This document shows, piece by piece, positions 19,371-30,683 of a stretch of DNA of 35,738 bases. The stretch lies in contig JAHEQA010000045.1 in NCBI GenBank assembly GCA_019561615.1, positions 1 to 35,738 on the forward strand, read 5' to 3'. Position numbers and translations under genes: made by a program. Each line of letters opens with the position of its first letter. The stretch's first letter is position 1. This DNA is from Methanothermococcus sp. SCGC AD-155-E23. GTDB taxonomy: Archaea; AGJL01; Methanococci; Methanococcales; Methanococcaceae. Under the pieces are notes generated by a model. The model was not told the origin of the DNA, did no database searches, and was given only the letters and a program-made list of their open reading frames with translations.

Positions 19371-20087
19371 TTAGATTTCATACTTAAGGGCATCCTTCTT
19401 ACAGATACTTTTACATTCAAAACATCTTATACATTCATGTTGAGGTATCCCCTTCGTCAACTCTATCTGTACTGGACATCTCCTATCACATAACTTACAA
19501 TTTACACATTTTTCATTATCAATTTTTAATTTAAATAAGGGTTTAATTGAGAATATACCTAATAAAGCCCCTATTGGACAGAAGTACCTACAGAAAAAGA
19601 GGGGATATAAAAATCCCATGATTAGAAAAAAGAGAAGTAGCATTATAGACACTACAGTCCCATAGAGGTTGGTTAAGGTACCAAGGGGACACACCTTACA
19701 GAATGCATAAGTTGATAACTTATAGGTTAGGTACAAGAATAAGACTAATAACCCATACTTCAGATAGATCATCTTACTGTGGATCTCCTCTGGAACTGTT
19801 GGAGGAAACTTTAAATTGGAAACCTTCATTTTCAATTTATAGACACCATGGAATATGAAACCCAGGGGACATACCCATCCACAGAACACCCTACCAAAGA
19901 TAAGTGTAATTAAGAGGACAACTAAGGTAGAAGTTAGATAGAAATCTCTCATTAAAATAAACCTCTCTATCACACCCAATACACAGAGACACAGCCCAGA
20001 GAAAAACAAAAAATAGATAAAAAACAGTGATTGAGTCCACTTTCTTATAGGTTGTAAATATCTTTCAAAGAGGTGGTAGATCTTCAA
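19371..20087 (-). CDS. NapH/MauN-type 4Fe-4S binding membrane protein
   Basis: TM helices, GRVFCGWVCPLG, FCKVCPLG, FCRYFCPIG and C-terminal CxxCxxCxxxCP / CIRCFEC ferredoxin motifs. Confidence 0.9.
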   Translation of the reverse strand: MKIYHLFERYLQPIRKWTQSLFFIYFLFFSGLCLCVLGVIERFILMRDFYLTSTLVVLLITLIFGRVFCGWVCPLGFIFHGVYKLKMKVSNLKFPPTVPEEIHSKMIYLKYGLLVLFLYLTYKLSTYAFCKVCPLGTLTNLYGTVVSIMLLLFFLIMGFLYPLFFCRYFCPIGALLGIFSIKPLFKLKIDNEKCVNCKLCDRRCPVQIELTKGIPQHECIRCFECKSICKKDALKYEI

Positions 20088-20111
20088 ACCTTACCACCCT
20101 TAGCCTGATTT

Positions 20112-20441
20112 TTAAATATTAATAATTTTTTCCAATAAATCCCATAATATTTTTTTCAGGTTAACCTCCATAAAAAGAAACTCTACTACCCTATCCATAA
20201 AGGATTTCCTATCTTGATTACTATTTTCACCATTATTTGTATTCCCTTCTTCAAGGTTTACTATACTCTCTGGTGCCGGTTCACAATGGTCGCAGATGTT
20301 ATTGTTATTTGTATCTATATAGAGGTTACAGTATCCAGGATAGAGGCAAGAAGAGTTTGTTATCCCGTAAGGACAGTCATTCCAGGCAAGGTTTAAAGGT
20401 AGTATTGTAAAAATTATCAGAAGAATAGTAAATTTTTTCAT
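20112..20441 (-). CDS. Small secreted Cys-rich protein (CPYG...PGxC..YxDxN...CD motif)
   Basis: Signal peptide MKKFTILLIIFTILPLNLA, then WNDCPYGITNSSCLYPGYCNLYIDTNNNNICDHCE; AGGTGA RBS. Confidence 0.78.
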   Translation of the reverse strand: MKKFTILLIIFTILPLNLAWNDCPYGITNSSCLYPGYCNLYIDTNNNNICDHCEPAPESIVNLEEGNTNNGENSNQDRKSFMDRVVEFLFMEVNLKKILWDLLEKIINI

Positions 20442-20491
20442 AACGTCACCTATATTTAGGTAAAAAATTATTAAACTTAAAAAGTATAGTG

Positions 20492-21958
20492 TTAACTACT
20501 CTTAACCTTTTCCTCCTCCTCACTTATTCCCATAGCTTCCAGTATCTTGGTCTGTATAGCCTCCTCCACCAACCTCCTAAGTGAATCCTTATCTGAGACA
20601 GATTCAAATATACCAAGGTCTATACTTGCCGCTGCAGCCTTTTGATGTCCACCTCCTCCAAAGGCCCTCCTCATAATCTCTCCCACATCTATCCTTAGAT
20701 CCTTAGTTCTGGCACTTATGTGTATCTTACTTCCAGATATTCCAAATACAAAGGTTGTGGTTATACCCTCCATCTTAAGTAAGAAATCTGCAGCCTTGGC
20801 TAACGCCCCCCTGTTTTTCACCGTACCTACATAGGAGAGTGCAATACTACTTCTAACTACCTTCCTATTTAGGACAGATCTTGCAAGGATCTCCATGGTT
20901 TCAGTGTCCATCTCAGGATTCTCTATCATCTCCAGGATCTTTGGATCCATTAGATCCTGAAGATACCCTGCAGCCTCGAAGTCCTTTTTAGATGTTTTTC
21001 TCCTGAAGTAGTTGGTATCTGAGCATATGGCGTAGTAAAGTGCTGTTGCCAGATCCTGTTTTGGAATTATCCCCAACTCATTTAGATACTCCAACATTAT
21101 AGTTGCAGTTGCTCCAATCTCTGGCCTTATATCCATATATTTTGCAGTTAGGTCCCCATTCTCATGGTGGTCTATAAGTATGTCTATCTCACGATCTAGA
21201 TTTACAGGCAGTAACTTTGAGGAGGAGGTATCTACAACTGCAATACCACTATATTTGTTAATGTCTATATCCTCGATAGGTATCAACTTTATACCTAGGA
21301 GGTTGATCATCGCCTTATTTTCATCGAACTCTATCCTACCACCATAGCCAATATCTGCCCTTACCCTCCATCTCTCAAGTATCCTCTTAAGGGCCATGGC
21401 ACTGGCTATGGAGTCTGGATCTGGGTTGTTGTGCATAAGTATTAAAAAGGATATAGAGTTTTCGTTGTTAACACCTTCCTTTAAGTTGTCTGCATCTATA
21501 GTTATCCCATGTTTTGACTTTATATCCATTATCACCTTTTCAAGATCCATTAACCTCTTCCTAAGCTTAGATTTCTCTATCTCAGATACTATCTCCCTGG
21601 CTGCACAGTCAACAGGGTATATTACCTTGTTCACCTGGGTTCCAGAGTAGAGATCTGGATACTTGGGAATTCCCCTGGCAATTAAGTAGGCGGTAGGATT
21701 TAACTCCTTTATAAGTTCCACTATCTTCTTATTTGCAGTAGGATCGTTGGTAAGTATAATTACCGTATCCGCCTCCTTAACACCAGCCTTTAAAAGTGTC
21801 TCTTTTTTACAGGCATCACCTACAATGTATTCAAAGTCCAACTTCTCCACAGATTCAAAGACCGTTGGATTCTTATCTACAACCCTTACCCTATCAAGGG
21901 TTTTAGCATAATTTACAACTTTACGACCAAAGGAGCCGTAACCTATGATTAGTATCAT
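20492..21958 (-). CDS. TrkA-N (RCK) plus DHH/DHHA1 phosphoesterase
   Basis: N-terminal IIGYGSFG and GDA; HNNPDPDSIAS, VVDT, IDHH, SDT, ISAR and GGGGH motifs. Confidence 0.92.
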   Translation of the reverse strand: MILIIGYGSFGRKVVNYAKTLDRVRVVDKNPTVFESVEKLDFEYIVGDACKKETLLKAGVKEADTVIILTNDPTANKKIVELIKELNPTAYLIARGIPKYPDLYSGTQVNKVIYPVDCAAREIVSEIEKSKLRKRLMDLEKVIMDIKSKHGITIDADNLKEGVNNENSISFLILMHNNPDPDSIASAMALKRILERWRVRADIGYGGRIEFDENKAMINLLGIKLIPIEDIDINKYSGIAVVDTSSSKLLPVNLDREIDILIDHHENGDLTAKYMDIRPEIGATATIMLEYLNELGIIPKQDLATALYYAICSDTNYFRRKTSKKDFEAAGYLQDLMDPKILEMIENPEMDTETMEILARSVLNRKVVRSSIALSYVGTVKNRGALAKAADFLLKMEGITTTFVFGISGSKIHISARTKDLRIDVGEIMRRAFGGGGHQKAAAASIDLGIFESVSDKDSLRRLVEEAIQTKILEAMGISEEEEKVKSS

Positions 21959-22131
21959 ATCTCCTCCACCAGAAAGAGAGGTTTTAGTTAATCATAAGAA
22001 GGGGATAATTTAAAATTTTTTCCGAATATATTTATTAAATTAAATATAGATATATTTTGAATCCAACAAAATGTTAAATTACTTCCCCCTACTATTATTT
22101 AACATTTACGTATCCTTATGGAGGTTGAAAT

Positions 22132-24012
22132 ATGAAGAAGTTGATAATCTGTGAGAAACCCAAGGTTGCGAAGAAGATAGGTGAGGCGCTGGGAAAGGTG
22201 AAGAAGAGATCCTACAGGGGTGTACCTTACTACGAGGTGGAGAGAGATGGGGAGAAGATTGTAGTGGCATCTGCAGTTGGACACCTCTTTACCTTGGAGG
22301 AGGATAAGAGGGGTAAAAAGTTTGGGGAGTATCCAGTATTCCATGTAAAGTGGGTACCTGCATGGATGGTAAAGGGGAGAGAGTATGTGAAGAAGTACAT
22401 AGAGACTTTGAAGAAACTCTCCAGGGATGTGGATGAGATCTATATAGCCACAGATTGGGATATTGAAGGGGAGTTGATAGGATTCCATGCCCTCTACTAC
22501 ATCTGTGGAAGAAGGAATGCCAAGAGAATGAGGTTCTCCAGTTTAACAAGGGAGGAGATTTTAAGGGCCTATAAGAATCCAGATAGTATAGACTATGGTC
22601 TCGTAGGTGCTGGAGAGAGTAGACATAAGTTAGACTGGTACTACGGGATCAACGTCTCCAGGGCTCTTATGCAATCCCTCAAGGCTGTAAATAGATGGAG
22701 GACCATGAGTACCGGGAGGGTTCAAGGTCCAGCCCTGGCCTTCCTGGTGGAGAGGGAGCTGGAGATAAGGAACTTTAAAAGTAGGAAGTACTGGGTTATA
22801 GAGGGTTTATTGGAGGGGGATGTAAAGGCCATTCACAGTAGGGAGAAGTTCTGGGATGAGGGGGAGGCTAAGGAGGTATACAACAGGATAAAAGGTATTG
22901 GAGAGGGTAGAGTTCTAAGGGTATTAAGAAGGGAGAGAAGTATAAGACCCCTTCCCCCCTTTGACCTGGGAACTCTCCAGAGGGAGGCCTATAGGATCTA
23001 TAAACTCTCTCCTAAAGAGACCCAGGAGATTGCCCAGAGACTTTATGAAAAGGGATACTGTTCCTATCCAAGGACAAGTTCCCAGAGACTCCCTGACAAC
23101 TGGAAATACCTAGGTAATATACTTAGGAAAATAGGGGAGATTGAGGAGTACAGGGGATATGTGGAGAGGATACTTAGGGAGGGTAGAAGACCTGTCAAGG
23201 GTAAGAAGGAGGATCCTGCCCACCCTGCAATACATGTGGTAGATGTCCCTGAGGAACCTCTTACACCTAAGGAGGAGAAGATCTACCACCTTATAGCTAG
23301 AAGGACCTTGGGGGTTTTCTGGGAGGATATGAGGAGGGAGTATATAGAGGTGGATCTGGAGATAGGTGGTGAGTTGTTTAAAGTTAGTGGTGCCAGGACC
23401 TTGAAGAGAGGTTGGCATGAGATATACTACTTCACTGAATTTGAGGAGAAGGAGATCCCCAACTTCAGGAGGGGGGATGTAGTAAGGGTTAAAGAGATAG
23501 TGTTAGAGGAGAGAAAAACTAAACCTCCTAAGAGGTACACCATGGCCTCCATTATAAAGGAGTTGGAGAGGAGAAGGTTGGGAACAAAGTCAACAAGGGC
23601 TGAGATTGTGGAGAAACTTATAAAGAGAGGTTATGTCCTTGAGGAGAGAGGTTACCTTAGGGTGACCAACCTAGGTATGGCGGTGATCGAGACGTTAAAG
23701 AGGTACTGTCCAGAGATAGTGGAGGAGGGTATGACTAGGGATATGGAGGATAAACTGGAGAAGGTACAGAGGGGGGAGGTGAAGAAGGAGGACATCTTAA
23801 AAGAGGCTGAGGAGAGACTAAGGAGGATACTCCTGGAGGTTAAAAGAAGAGAGATGGAAATTGGAAGGGAGTTGATAAGTAGGATGGAGGAGGATAAAGC
23901 CTCTACTCGCTGTCCTATATGTGGAGGATCTCTAGTGGTTAGAAGAAGTAGGTATGGAGAATTTCTAGGATGTTCCCAATATCCCAGGTGTAGGTATATC
24001 CAAAGGGAATAA
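22132..24012 (+). CDS. topA: Type IA DNA topoisomerase
   Basis: TOPRIM (CEKP, GHL, ATDWDIEGE), STGRVQGP, catalytic SYPRT, AHPAI, LGTKSTRA and a C-terminal C4 zinc finger. Confidence 0.96.
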   Translation: MKKLIICEKPKVAKKIGEALGKVKKRSYRGVPYYEVERDGEKIVVASAVGHLFTLEEDKRGKKFGEYPVFHVKWVPAWMVKGREYVKKYIETLKKLSRDVDEIYIATDWDIEGELIGFHALYYICGRRNAKRMRFSSLTREEILRAYKNPDSIDYGLVGAGESRHKLDWYYGINVSRALMQSLKAVNRWRTMSTGRVQGPALAFLVERELEIRNFKSRKYWVIEGLLEGDVKAIHSREKFWDEGEAKEVYNRIKGIGEGRVLRVLRRERSIRPLPPFDLGTLQREAYRIYKLSPKETQEIAQRLYEKGYCSYPRTSSQRLPDNWKYLGNILRKIGEIEEYRGYVERILREGRRPVKGKKEDPAHPAIHVVDVPEEPLTPKEEKIYHLIARRTLGVFWEDMRREYIEVDLEIGGELFKVSGARTLKRGWHEIYYFTEFEEKEIPNFRRGDVVRVKEIVLEERKTKPPKRYTMASIIKELERRRLGTKSTRAEIVEKLIKRGYVLEERGYLRVTNLGMAVIETLKRYCPEIVEEGMTRDMEDKLEKVQRGEVKKEDILKEAEERLRRILLEVKRREMEIGRELISRMEEDKASTRCPICGGSLVVRRSRYGEFLGCSQYPRCRYIQRE

Positions 24013-24015
24013 TTT

Positions 24016-25935
24016 TTATCCCTTTAACCTCTCCTCTATCTTAGATCTTACTATCTCACTTACAGTTTTACCATCTATTCTTCCCCTCAAAACAGCCATA
24101 CACTTACCCATAAGTACTCCCATGGCTCCCATACCCTTACTTCTAACAAGATCTATATTCTTCTCAACTATCTCCTCTATTATCTTCTCTGCCTCCTCCC
24201 TGGAGAGGGATTTAAGTCCCTTCATCTCCAGTATCTCATCTAAACTTCTATCTGGATATTGGGCAAATCCCTTAAGTACCTCAACTATGGCCTCCTTGGA
24301 CATCTTACCCTCAATCAATCCCTCAAATAACGTTAAAAAGTGTTCCCTCTTAATATTGTCAATGTTATAACCCTCCCTCTTGATCTCCTTCAAGGTATTT
24401 TCCATGGTTGTTGCAATAAGTGTAGGTTTTACCTTACCCTTAAACCTCTCACATAACTCCTCAAAGAGTTGAACCCTTGGAGAGGTTACAAGGATCTCTG
24501 CCAACTCCCTGTTTAACTTATACTCCCTTATAAACCTCTCCAATTTCTCCTCTGGCATCTCTGGGAGGTTCTTTCTTATACGTTCCAGGAGTTCCCCCTC
24601 TATCTTAATAGGTGGTATATCAGTCTCTGGATACATCCTGGCAGCTCCTGGCAGGGGTCTTAAATAGGTGGTATTTCCATTCTCAAGTGCCCTTCTAGTC
24701 TCCTCAGGTACCCCCTTAATAGCCTCCCTGGCCCTCTCTATAACTGCCTCAAGCGCCTTATCCACCTTCTCCTCCTCATCCCCTATAAAGACTATGGCAT
24801 CCTCAGGGGTTATCTCTATCCCAAGTATTTTCCCCATATACTCCCTTATCCTCTCCACCTCCTCCTGGGTGATACCGTAGTTGGGAAGTTCATCTGTATG
24901 GAAGAGACCTCCAACTCCAGCTATAACTTTAGCCCTATCTGCCAACTCAGATCCTAACCTCCTACCCTCCTGTATCTCCCTACCTACAAGACCTCCAAAG
25001 CCCTTTAACACTATCCCCTTTATCCTTCCCCCCTTCTTCAACACCCTCTGTAGTACCTTACATTTAGTATCCTTTAATATCTCCGTTAAATCTACCACCC
25101 TCTCAATTACTTCAGCCCCTCTCTCCCTCAGTATCCTAGATATCTCCAGGAGGTTCAACTGTCTAATTACCTCCCTCTCAATTACCTTCTCTATAAGGTC
25201 AAGATCCTGTACCCCCTTTATCTCCACCCTGGCCCCATCCCTTATAGAAATGTTTATATCCTGTCTTATGGTTCCCAGCCCCCTCTTCACCTTTCCAGTG
25301 GCCCTGAGTATCATACCTATTCTCTTTGCAGTCTCCCTCCCCATCTTAGGTGAATCTATGTCAGGTTCCGTTGAGATCTCCAGAAGTGGTATACCTAACC
25401 TGTCCACCCTATACTTTATATAGTCCCTTCCCTCCTCCACCTTCCTGGAGGCATCCTCCTCTAGACATAGGCTGCTAATTCCCACCTTACCGTACTCTGT
25501 CTCCACGTATCCATCCTTCCCTATGAACATAGTTCTCTGAAACCCTGAGGTGTTGGAGCCGTCTATGACTATCTTTCTCATGGTGTGTATCTCATCTACT
25601 ATATCCATGTTCATAAGGAGGGCAACCTGTAGTGCAACCTCTAGGGCCTCCTGGGAAGGAGGATGGGGTGGTTCTTCATCTAACTCCACTAAGCAGGTGG
25701 TGTCGTTGTAGTACTGGTATAGATAGTACTTACCCTTTTTCCACTCTACAAGGGCTGCCCTATCTACATCTCCCATCTCACTCTGGGATACCCTGAGAAA
25801 CCTCTTAATCTCTCCATGGGGTTCATCCTCCCTTAACATCGTTGGACAGTTGCAAAATAGCTTTCTACTGGTGTCCAACTGCTGATGTATCTCTAGACCT
25901 ACCTTTAAACCTAGTTTTTTGTAGTCTAACTCCAC
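24016..25935 (-). CDS. gatE: Glutamyl-tRNA(Gln) amidotransferase subunit E
   Basis: GLEIHQQL, RKIVIDGSNTSGFQRT, LEED, RGLGTIRQD, HTDELP and RPLPGAARMYPETD. Confidence 0.97.
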   Translation of the reverse strand: MELDYKKLGLKVGLEIHQQLDTSRKLFCNCPTMLREDEPHGEIKRFLRVSQSEMGDVDRAALVEWKKGKYYLYQYYNDTTCLVELDEEPPHPPSQEALEVALQVALLMNMDIVDEIHTMRKIVIDGSNTSGFQRTMFIGKDGYVETEYGKVGISSLCLEEDASRKVEEGRDYIKYRVDRLGIPLLEISTEPDIDSPKMGRETAKRIGMILRATGKVKRGLGTIRQDINISIRDGARVEIKGVQDLDLIEKVIEREVIRQLNLLEISRILRERGAEVIERVVDLTEILKDTKCKVLQRVLKKGGRIKGIVLKGFGGLVGREIQEGRRLGSELADRAKVIAGVGGLFHTDELPNYGITQEEVERIREYMGKILGIEITPEDAIVFIGDEEEKVDKALEAVIERAREAIKGVPEETRRALENGNTTYLRPLPGAARMYPETDIPPIKIEGELLERIRKNLPEMPEEKLERFIREYKLNRELAEILVTSPRVQLFEELCERFKGKVKPTLIATTMENTLKEIKREGYNIDNIKREHFLTLFEGLIEGKMSKEAIVEVLKGFAQYPDRSLDEILEMKGLKSLSREEAEKIIEEIVEKNIDLVRSKGMGAMGVLMGKCMAVLRGRIDGKTVSEIVRSKIEERLKG

Positions 25936-25970
25936 AATACCACCGTTTGAAAAATAAAAAAGTTTAAGGG

Positions 25971-26267
25971 TTAATTCCCATTTACAATACTGTCCATGGT
26001 ATCTATGATAGTCTTTACCTTTGGGTTTACTATGTAGTAGTAGTTCCAGGTACCCTCCTTTCTCGCCTTTATAAGTCCAGACTTCTTCAGTATGTTTAGA
26101 TGATGGGAGATGGTAGGTTGTGGTTTTTTCAACTCCTCTATTATCTTACATACACACATACTCTCATTTTCACTGAGTAACTTCAATATCATCAACCTCG
26201 TTGGATCTGCAAAGGCCTTGAATATCTCAGCCATTGTTTCATACTTACTTGTATCCAGGTTGTCCAT
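25971..26267 (-). CDS. ArsR/SmtB family transcriptional regulator
   Basis: FKAFADPTRL.IL, CVCKI, QPTISHHL..L...GL and YY; GGTGAT RBS. Confidence 0.93.
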   Translation of the reverse strand: MDNLDTSKYETMAEIFKAFADPTRLMILKLLSENESMCVCKIIEELKKPQPTISHHLNILKKSGLIKARKEGTWNYYYIVNPKVKTIIDTMDSIVNGN

Positions 26268-26314
26268 AACATCACCATAGAAGTAATCCTTCTAAAAAAT
26301 AGCAACAACATTGT

Positions 26315-26345
26315 ATATATAGATTTTTATATATTGCTATATAAA
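26315..26345 (-). promoter_or_regulatory. TATA box plus candidate ArsR/SmtB operator
   Basis: Minus-strand TTTATATA at 26345-26338, followed by the imperfect inverted repeat ATATATAGA-TT-TTTATATAT (26315-26334). Confidence 0.5.
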
Positions 26346-26353
26346 TATTTTGA

Positions 26354-27049
26354 TTACTTCCTTTTTATCCTTATAACAATACTCCCTGGATTCTCCACAC
26401 CCTTGAAAGAGGAAACCATTCCAACAAGGGTATTTTTAACAACCTTGGAAACAAAGGGATTTAGGGGTATTCTTCTCCCATCCACTACAAGTTCTACCTC
26501 CCTAGAGAGTGCACAGTCCCTCCAACTTAACTCCCCTCTAATTAACCTCTCAACAAACTCCCTACAGTTATAACCACAGTGTCCACAGTTAAGGTTGTAG
26601 GTGGGAACAACACTCTTATCCAGGATCTCCTTAACAACATCCTCTGTATTATACTCCATATTCTCAACAACCCTAATGGTATGGCTATCTACAAGTTCCC
26701 TCCCCTCCCCGTCTTTCACAGTAACTATTTTAGGTATATTCAACTTCCTTAACTTTTCCTTAAACCCCTCCACTATAACAAGGTCAACATCTAACTTGGA
26801 GAGTATCTCCTCCAAGTCCATTACCCCATAGAAAAAAGTAGTTCTACCCCTAACATCTGAAAGAACTGTTACATCTGCATAACCTTGAAATCTGTAGGTG
26901 TCTGTCCCCTCCCTCTCCACCTCTACAGGGTGGCCACTGTGTTTCACCACTGCCACCTTAAGACCTCTCTCCTTTAGCACCTTCAATACATCACATATCA
27001 AGGTAGTTTTGCCAGAGTTCTTAGGACCTACAACTCCAACAACCCTCAA
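26354..27049 (-). CDS. mobB: Molybdopterin-guanine dinucleotide biosynthesis protein B with C-terminal Fe-S domain
   Basis: GPKNSGKTT, AVVKH, GTDT, VEGFK, LNCGHCGYNC...C and PLNPFV; TTG start behind AGGTGAT. Confidence 0.92.
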   Translation of the reverse strand: MRVVGVVGPKNSGKTTLICDVLKVLKERGLKVAVVKHSGHPVEVEREGTDTYRFQGYADVTVLSDVRGRTTFFYGVMDLEEILSKLDVDLVIVEGFKEKLRKLNIPKIVTVKDGEGRELVDSHTIRVVENMEYNTEDVVKEILDKSVVPTYNLNCGHCGYNCREFVERLIRGELSWRDCALSREVELVVDGRRIPLNPFVSKVVKNTLVGMVSSFKGVENPGSIVIRIKRK

Positions 27050-27076
27050 AGGTATCACCTTTAAAAAATAATAAAA

Positions 27077-28291
27077 TTAGAAGGTTTTTATCTCCCCCCT
27101 TATAACCCTCTCCATAACCTCTGGAATTCTATCCAACCATTTTTTAGCAATATCCTTTGCCTTAGGCTCTATATCCTCTACGCTGTAACCCTCCTCAGTT
27201 ATTACCTCTATATCCAGGATTTTCGGTTCATTAATTGGCCTTCCTATCTGGCTGAGTATTTTAACGTAACACTCTTTAACTCCCTTTATCTCTGCAACCT
27301 CCCTGGCTATTATATGGGCAAGTATGTTGTATATCTTGCCCACGTGATTTACAGGGTTCTTACCACTGGCTGCCTCCATACTCATTGGTCTAAAGGGGGT
27401 TATCAACCCATTTACCCTGTTACCCCTTCCCACTGAACCGTCATCACCCATCTCTGCAGAGGTCCCAGTTACTGTCAGGTATACACTTTCACCACTGTCT
27501 GCAGTGTTTATAAATACCTCCACCTGGTAGTCCTTTGCAATCTCCTTAGCCAGCTTCTCCACCTTCTCCTTAACCTTCCTCTTTACCTCGTAGTACTCCT
27601 CAAGGGACTTTACATATTTATCCACCACTGCCATGGCTATAGTTAAGGTGATCTTCTTCCCCTCCCTTAGACCCATAACCTTTATATCCTCCCCAACTGC
27701 GGGAATCTCCTCCTTTAACTCTTTACTGTTTAAAAATCTCTCTGTCTCCAAGACCAGTTTCTCCGTGGTACTCAGTGGGGCGTATCCCACACCAAAGGAG
27801 GTGTCATTTGCCAGGGGTATCTCAGATTTTCTCCTTTCAAATACTTCGATGAGATCTGTAGAACCTTGCCCCATCCTACAGTCTATTATTACATCCCTAT
27901 CTATGTTTATGTTTCTCAGGGTCTTCCTTAGATAGGCTCTTGCAGCCTCCACGGCAACAGTTCCAGTGGGCAATTTAACAATCTCACCCTTCTCCCTGTC
28001 CAGTATCTCCATGGTAGCCCTTCCAGATATAAGAATATAGATGGGGCTAACCATGTGACCTCCTCCAAATTTAGGGTAGGCGTGGCCACCAACAAGTTCC
28101 ACCTGGTCTGTGTTGTGGTGAAGGATAGTACCTACCTTCTCCCTGTACATCTTGCAGAGTGCAGTACTTACACTTTCAGCTATACCGTCGCAGATGCTGT
28201 CTGGATGGCCTAGTCCCTTTCTCTCCACGATCTCAATATCCCTCTCCTCTACAGGTATGGTGTTTAGCTTCTTAACTACGATATTGGCCAC
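27077..28291 (-). CDS. mat: S-adenosylmethionine synthase, archaeal type
   Basis: [50 protein letters not shown] and [16 protein letters not shown]28291 follows GGTGAT; ATG28309 is the alternative start. Confidence 0.96.
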   Translation of the reverse strand: MANIVVKKLNTIPVEERDIEIVERKGLGHPDSICDGIAESVSTALCKMYREKVGTILHHNTDQVELVGGHAYPKFGGGHMVSPIYILISGRATMEILDREKGEIVKLPTGTVAVEAARAYLRKTLRNINIDRDVIIDCRMGQGSTDLIEVFERRKSEIPLANDTSFGVGYAPLSTTEKLVLETERFLNSKELKEEIPAVGEDIKVMGLREGKKITLTIAMAVVDKYVKSLEEYYEVKRKVKEKVEKLAKEIAKDYQVEVFINTADSGESVYLTVTGTSAEMGDDGSVGRGNRVNGLITPFRPMSMEAASGKNPVNHVGKIYNILAHIIAREVAEIKGVKECYVKILSQIGRPINEPKILDIEVITEEGYSVEDIEPKAKDIAKKWLDRIPEVMERVIRGEIKTF

Positions 28292-28344
28292 GATATCACC
28301 AGTTCCCATTTATGAAAAATTATAAAAAAGATTAACTTTTATAA

Positions 28345-29169
<825 letters not shown>

Positions 29170-29204
29170 CTTCTATTTTTTAATAAAAGTTACATGTGAA
29201 GATA

Positions 29205-29699
29205 ATGGAGAACATTAGGATTAGAAGGATGAGATACGAGGATATACCCCAGGTAGTGGAGATAGAGAGGAACTCTTTTAGTCAACCTTACCCTCCACTT
29301 CTCATAATGCAGATACTCTCCTACTTTCCCCAGGGGTTTCTAGTGGCAGAGGATGAGAGGAGTAAGAAGGTAGTAGGCTACATCATGGGACTGATAGAGT
29401 TTGGACATGGACATATAATATCCATTGCAACCTCTAAAGAGTATAGAAAAAGGGGCATAGGTAGTGCACTACTAAAGGAGCTAGAGGATATTCTATTTAA
29501 AAAGTACAACGTTGCCTATATAACTCTAGAGGTAAGGTTCAACAACAGGGAGGCAAGACTATTCTACTACAAGAGGGGTTATATGGACAAGAGGCTTCTA
29601 CCAAGGTACTACGAGGACGGTACAGATGCTATTCTCATGATAAAAAAGAACCCCTATATGGACTTACCTAATCCCCCAGTTGTAGTAAGTATGTGGTAG
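29205..29699 (+). CDS. rimI: GNAT N-terminal acetyltransferase (RimI/Ard1)
   Basis: IE..SF, GHIISIA....R..GIG, LEVR..N..A..FY and YYEDG.DA. GTG29196 is the alternative start. Confidence 0.88.
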   Translation: MENIRIRRMRYEDIPQVVEIERNSFSQPYPPLLIMQILSYFPQGFLVAEDERSKKVVGYIMGLIEFGHGHIISIATSKEYRKRGIGSALLKELEDILFKKYNVAYITLEVRFNNREARLFYYKRGYMDKRLLPRYYEDGTDAILMIKKNPYMDLPNPPVVVSMW

Positions 29700-29702
29700 G
29701 TT

Positions 29703-30683
29703 ATGATAGATAGGAAGATCCTCTTTCGGGGCAAATTCCTAATAAAGATTTTAGCCCTTATTTTAATACTCTACTACCTATGTCTCAAGTTAAAGATCTA
29801 CAAGTATCTATTTATCCTCGAGTTGTATATCAACGAGATAGTTATAACGGCAGCCCTAATACTAGGTACCTTGATATTCCTGGATATCTCCCTTGAGTTG
29901 ATAAGGGAATTCTTTGAAAAGAGGGGGGAGTTAAGGGACTATCCAATTTTTGCATCAGTTTTCAAGTATGTAACATGGTTTGTCGCCGGATTGATAGGTA
30001 TCTCCATTCTATACAATGACATAGGTTCCCTTCTAATGTCTCTAGGTATTATAGGTGCAGCCCTTACCTTTGCACTCCAGAGACCTATTATGAACTTTGC
30101 AGGGTGGATAAATATAGTGATAACTAGGCCCTTCAAGATAAACGACAGAATATACATAAAGAACATAGGGATGGGTGACGTATACAAGATAGACACCATG
30201 CATATCTATCTAAGGGAGGTTGTTGGAGAGCCCACTGGAAGAACCCTTATAATACCTAACGCCTACGTACTAACTAACGCCATAACAAATTACACCAAGG
30301 GATCACCTTATATCTGGGATAACGTCAAGGTAGTAGTTACCTACGAGAGTAACTTTGAAAAGGCCAGGAGGTTAGTTTTAGAGGCCTGTGAGGAGGTAGT
30401 GGGAGATCTTATGAAGGAGTTGGCGGAGATCTGGAGAAATAAACCTAGACCCTTTACAAGTGCAAAGGTCTACGACAGACCTATTCTAAGGGTGAACTTC
30501 TTAGAGAGAGGTATTGAGTTAAAGGTTAGATACCTGGTAAATGTCTTTGAGTGGGCAGAGGTAAAGACCGAGATCTTCAGTAGAATAATAGAGAAGATCA
30601 AAAAAGAGAAGGATGTTGAGATAGCCTATCCACATCTGGAGGTTATATACAGACCTAAGGAAAAGAATACCCCTAATACTTAA
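29703..30683 (+). CDS. MscS family mechanosensitive channel
   Basis: TM helices, LG..GAAL.FALQ....NFAG, RPFKINDRI, G.V..I, IPN, TNY and IAYP. Confidence 0.92.
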   Translation: MIDRKILFRGKFLIKILALILILYYLCLKLKIYKYLFILELYINEIVITAALILGTLIFLDISLELIREFFEKRGELRDYPIFASVFKYVTWFVAGLIGISILYNDIGSLLMSLGIIGAALTFALQRPIMNFAGWINIVITRPFKINDRIYIKNIGMGDVYKIDTMHIYLREVVGEPTGRTLIIPNAYVLTNAITNYTKGSPYIWDNVKVVVTYESNFEKARRLVLEACEEVVGDLMKELAEIWRNKPRPFTSAKVYDRPILRVNFLERGIELKVRYLVNVFEWAEVKTEIFSRIIEKIKKEKDVEIAYPHLEVIYRPKEKNTPNT

